From NCBI GenBank assembly GCA_041690135.1, contig JAWLHY010000012.1:1-64000 (forward strand): a stretch of 64,000 nucleotides of DNA. Direction: 5' to 3'. Under the pieces are notes generated by a model. It saw only the letters and a list, made by a program, of their open reading frames with translations. It ran no database searches and was not told the origin of the DNA. This DNA comes from Armatimonadota bacterium. GTDB lineage: Bacteria > Armatimonadota > SYMT01. Below, one piece after another: positions 59,949 through 64,000 of this stretch. Position 1 is the stretch's first letter. Every line of letters starts with the position of its first letter. A program made the position numbers and the translations under genes.

Positions 59949-61070
59949 ATGTCGAGACGGAAAGGGCCGGGGATCTTCCCCGTGCTTCTGATACTGGCGA
60001 CCGGGTTCCTTTCGGCCCGGACTGCCGGGGCCGCCGCGCCGGATCCGCTGGCGCGCGGGAAGGCGATCTTCCAGAGCCAGTGCGCGCGTTGTCACGGGGA
60101 CGACGGCGCCGACGTCACCAGCTATCCGAACATCAAGAGCCTGGTGGACATCACCCAGCGGATGTCTGCCCAGGACGTGATCGAAAAATCGAAGGGCTTC
60201 GCCTCGTTGCCGATCGAGGGACAGGACGCGGCTGCCCTTTATGCCTTCCTGGGCACCCTGCGTACCGGGGGCTACGCGAACCCGAACCTGCTGGTCGAGA
60301 CGAGCTGGGTTGCCGCTCATCTTCAGGACCCGGCGGTCCGCGTGGTGGACATGCGCTCCGACACGGCCTATGCGGCGGGCCACATTCCAGGCGCCATTCT
60401 CCTGGCGGAAGGGCCACTCCGCAGCGAGGATGACCGCGAGAGCTACCTTCCCAACCTGGAAGCCTTCGCGTCCCTGATGCGCACCGCCGGCATTGGCAAC
60501 GGCACGCACGTCGTCATCTACGACGACCAGGGAGGCCGCTCGGCTGCCCGCCTCTGGTACGTGCTGAACGCTTACGGCCACGAGCGAGTCAGCCTGGTCA
60601 ACGGCGGCTGGAGCAAGTGGACCGCGGAAAAGCGGCCGGTTTCAATGGAAGCGGTGGCGCCCACGCCCGTGAAGTTCCAACCGCGCCTCACACCGACCTT
60701 GAGCTGCCCATCGGCTCGCGTGCTGGCCCGGAAGCCGGGGGTGGTGTTTCTCGATACCCGCTCCGCCGCCGAATACACAGGAGAACGCCCCTCGGGTGGC
60801 GGCCAGGGACACATCCCCGGCGCCGTGAACGTGGAGTGGAAAGAGAACGTAACCGGGCCGCACCAGGTGTTCAAGACGGGACCGGAGCTGAAGAAGCTGT
60901 ACGCCAGCAGGGGGCTGACGCCGGATAAGGAGATCGTCCCCTACTGAGCGACCGGCGGGCGTGCGGCGCACGCCCTCTTTACGCTGAAGCTCCTCGGGTA
61001 CCCGAAGGTCCGCGTCTACTACGGCTCCTTTTCCGACTACACCCGCCGCAAGGCCCCGGTGGAAAAATAG
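59949..61070 (+). CDS. Exported cytochrome c plus two-domain rhodanese/sulfurtransferase; probable selenoprotein (UGA at 60945-60947)
   Basis: Signal peptide, CARCH, two GHIPGA motifs; reads through UGA as EIVPY-U-ATGGRAAHALFTLKLLGYPKVRVYYGSFSDY to TAG at 61070. Confidence 0.85.
60957..60975 (+). promoter_or_regulatory. Candidate bacterial SECIS hairpin
   Basis: GGGCGTGC-GGC-GCACGCCC; G-starting loop 17 nt after the UGA. Confidence 0.7.
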
Positions 61071-61260
61071 GAGCGCGGTCGTCCTGCCCGCCAGTCGATG
61101 GGGTTATCCGCGAATTGCGCGAATGAAGCGAAGGGGAAGAACAGTTGATAGGCAGCCCCCAGGTAGTCGGTAGGGTTCGGCTGTGCACCTCGTAGGATCA
61201 TCGGGCCTTCTCGGCCGGGATCATGTTTCAGTTCCAGGAGTGCATCCCGGCAGGTATGCC

Positions 61261-61432
61261 GTGGGGCGGGCGTCCCGCCCGTCAGAGTTCGATCACGATC
61301 ACCCAGGGATTCTGCGAGCCGCGGAGAGTGGGGCGGGCATCTTGCCCGCCTCGGCTATCGGTTAGCAAAGAGTGGCGCGGGCGTCTCGCCCGCCCGAGGT
61401 CGATCACGATTCAGATCACGATCACGATCACG
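61261..61432. repeat. Cluster of REP-like palindromes and GATCAC hexamers
   Basis: GTGG-GCGGGC..CCCGCC at 61261, 61328 and 61372; gatcac runs at 61291 and 61402-61432. Confidence 0.7.
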
Positions 61433-61532
61433 AAAAGGATTCTACGTACACAAAACGGGCATCCGTCCCACCCATCCTTATCCTAATCGTAATCCTCGCC
61501 CCAATCGGCCGTAGGCCCCTTCATCCTTCGCC

Positions 61533-62718
<1,186 letters not shown>

Positions 62719-62735
<17 letters not shown>

Positions 62736-62838
62736 CAAGACTGGGCAGTGGGAAGAGTGGTATCGGGTAAATGTCCCCAGGGCGGACGACCTCTACGAGG
62801 ATTACCTCGAGGAGTTGAAGCGCGAAGGCTTGCTCTGA
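62719..62838 (+). pseudogene. C-terminal remnant of a RelE/HigB (Gp49-like) toxin
   Basis: GGDKTGQWEEWYRVNVPRADDLYEDYL overlapping the chrA 3' end. Confidence 0.65.
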
Positions 62839-62896
62839 ACAAAGTGGCATTCCGCTTACCAAACCCACCACCAGTGGACCCAAACGAAAGGACCTT

Positions 62897-63292
62897 ATGC
62901 GAACCCACAAGTGGAGTGACATCCAAGCGAAGTACGGCAAACCCGAGCGCGAGGCTTATCGGGCGGAAGTAGCAGCCGAGTTCGAAGCGGAACGCGCCAC
63001 CCTACGCCAACTCCGGAAGGCCAAGACCCTGACGCAGCAAGAATTGGCACGGCGGCTGGAGACTAGCCAGGCGGAGATCTCTCGGATGGAACGCCGAGCA
63101 GATATGTACGTTTCGACCCTGGCCCACTACGTGGAAGCGTTAGGGGGACGGTTGGAGATTTCCGCTGTTTTTGATGAACACAGGGTGGCGATCTCTCTTG
63201 ACGATCTGGCTAGCCAGTCCCCAGACGGACCCGCTGTAGAGAAGGCTGAATGCAACCTTGCAGAGCGGGCCGAACCTCTAGTGACGAAATAA
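62897..63292 (+). CDS. XRE-family HTH antitoxin (HigA-like)
   Basis: LRQLRK..LTQQELA.RL...Q.EISRMERR.DMYVSTL..YVEALGG.LEI. Confidence 0.88.
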   Translation: MRTHKWSDIQAKYGKPEREAYRAEVAAEFEAERATLRQLRKAKTLTQQELARRLETSQAEISRMERRADMYVSTLAHYVEALGGRLEISAVFDEHRVAISLDDLASQSPDGPAVEKAECNLAERAEPLVTK

Positions 63293-63314
63293 ACGTGGAC
63301 CATTCAACCGTGTG

Positions 63315-64000
63315 CTACTCCGTCACGAAAGTGCGCGCGGCCAGAAGATAGGCTACTACACCCCACGCGAACAGCCCCAGCAGCAAGGGGCTTACCTGGA
63401 GCAGGCTCGCCCCGTCCGAGGCGACCTGCCGCATCGCGCTGTTGAGGTACGAGAGCGGCAGGTTGTTGCCGATCGCCTGCACCCAGCCCGGCATCCCGTC
63501 GATGGGGAAGAAGACTCCCGCCAGCAGCACCTGGGGCAGGTTGAAGAGGTTGAGCACCACCGGCAGCGTCTGGTCGTCGCGGAAGAGGTTCGAGAGCAGG
63601 ATCCCGAACCCGAGGAACGCCATGATCCCCAGGAAGGCCAGGAACACCAACTGGACCGCGCTGACCCATCCCTGGGCCAGGTGGAACTGGAACAGGCCCA
63701 CCCCCACGGCGAGCAGGACGATGCTCTGGAACACCGCCTGTACCGAGCGGCTGAGACAGATGGATAGGACGAAGGTGAGCGGGGAAACCATCGTCGCCAT
63801 CATCCGCTTGATCACCAGGGTCCGGCGCAGGGTCGCCAGGCTGTAACCCACGCCGAAGGTGGCCAGGGACAGCATCGAGAACCCGATCTGACCGGGCAGG
63901 ATGAAGTCGATGTGCCGGAACGGTCGTCCAGGCACCTCGCGCCGCTGGAGAGGATGGGCCGGGGCGGCGACGCCCGCGTCCCGCAGGCTCAATTCCGCCG
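63315..64000 (-). CDS. ABC-2 type transporter permease (partial; runs off the window)
   Basis: IDFILPG, GVFFPID.MP.W, PLSY. Confidence 0.88.
   Translation of the reverse strand, partial: AELSLRDAGVAAPAHPLQRREVPGRPFRHIDFILPGQIGFSMLSLATFGVGYSLATLRRTLVIKRMMATMVSPLTFVLSICLSRSVQAVFQSIVLLAVGVGLFQFHLAQGWVSAVQLVFLAFLGIMAFLGFGILLSNLFRDDQTLPVVLNLFNLPQVLLAGVFFPIDGMPGWVQAIGNNLPLSYLNSAMRQVASDGASLLQVSPLLLGLFAWGVVAYLLAARTFVTE

Overview
GC-rich bacterial chromosomal segment, probably Armatimonadota or a similar lineage; this is inferred from the gene families (DUF1501, DUF4058, STN-repeat proteins, many BNR sialidases), not proven. It is likely origin-proximal: it carries a perfect parS site, parB, yabE-like-rsmA and three tandem consensus sigma70 promoters firing out of the left edge. 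Housekeeping and catabolic genes (der, rsmA, dgoD, a sugar ABC transporter, sialidases, two tandem KimA-type K+ transporters, an ECF sigma/anti-sigma pair) alternate with accessory patches of small hypothetical genes and intact or decayed toxin-antitoxin modules. Top finding: an exported cytochrome c-rhodanese fusion (59949-61070) whose catalytic Cys codon is an in-frame UGA followed by a SECIS-like hairpin, i.e. a probable selenoprotein that the ORF track truncates, next to chrA. Also notable are a candidate attenuator/riboswitch in front of one kimA copy and a two-domain sialidase whose linker is made of heptamer repeats. All family calls come from motif recognition by eye; no searches were run.
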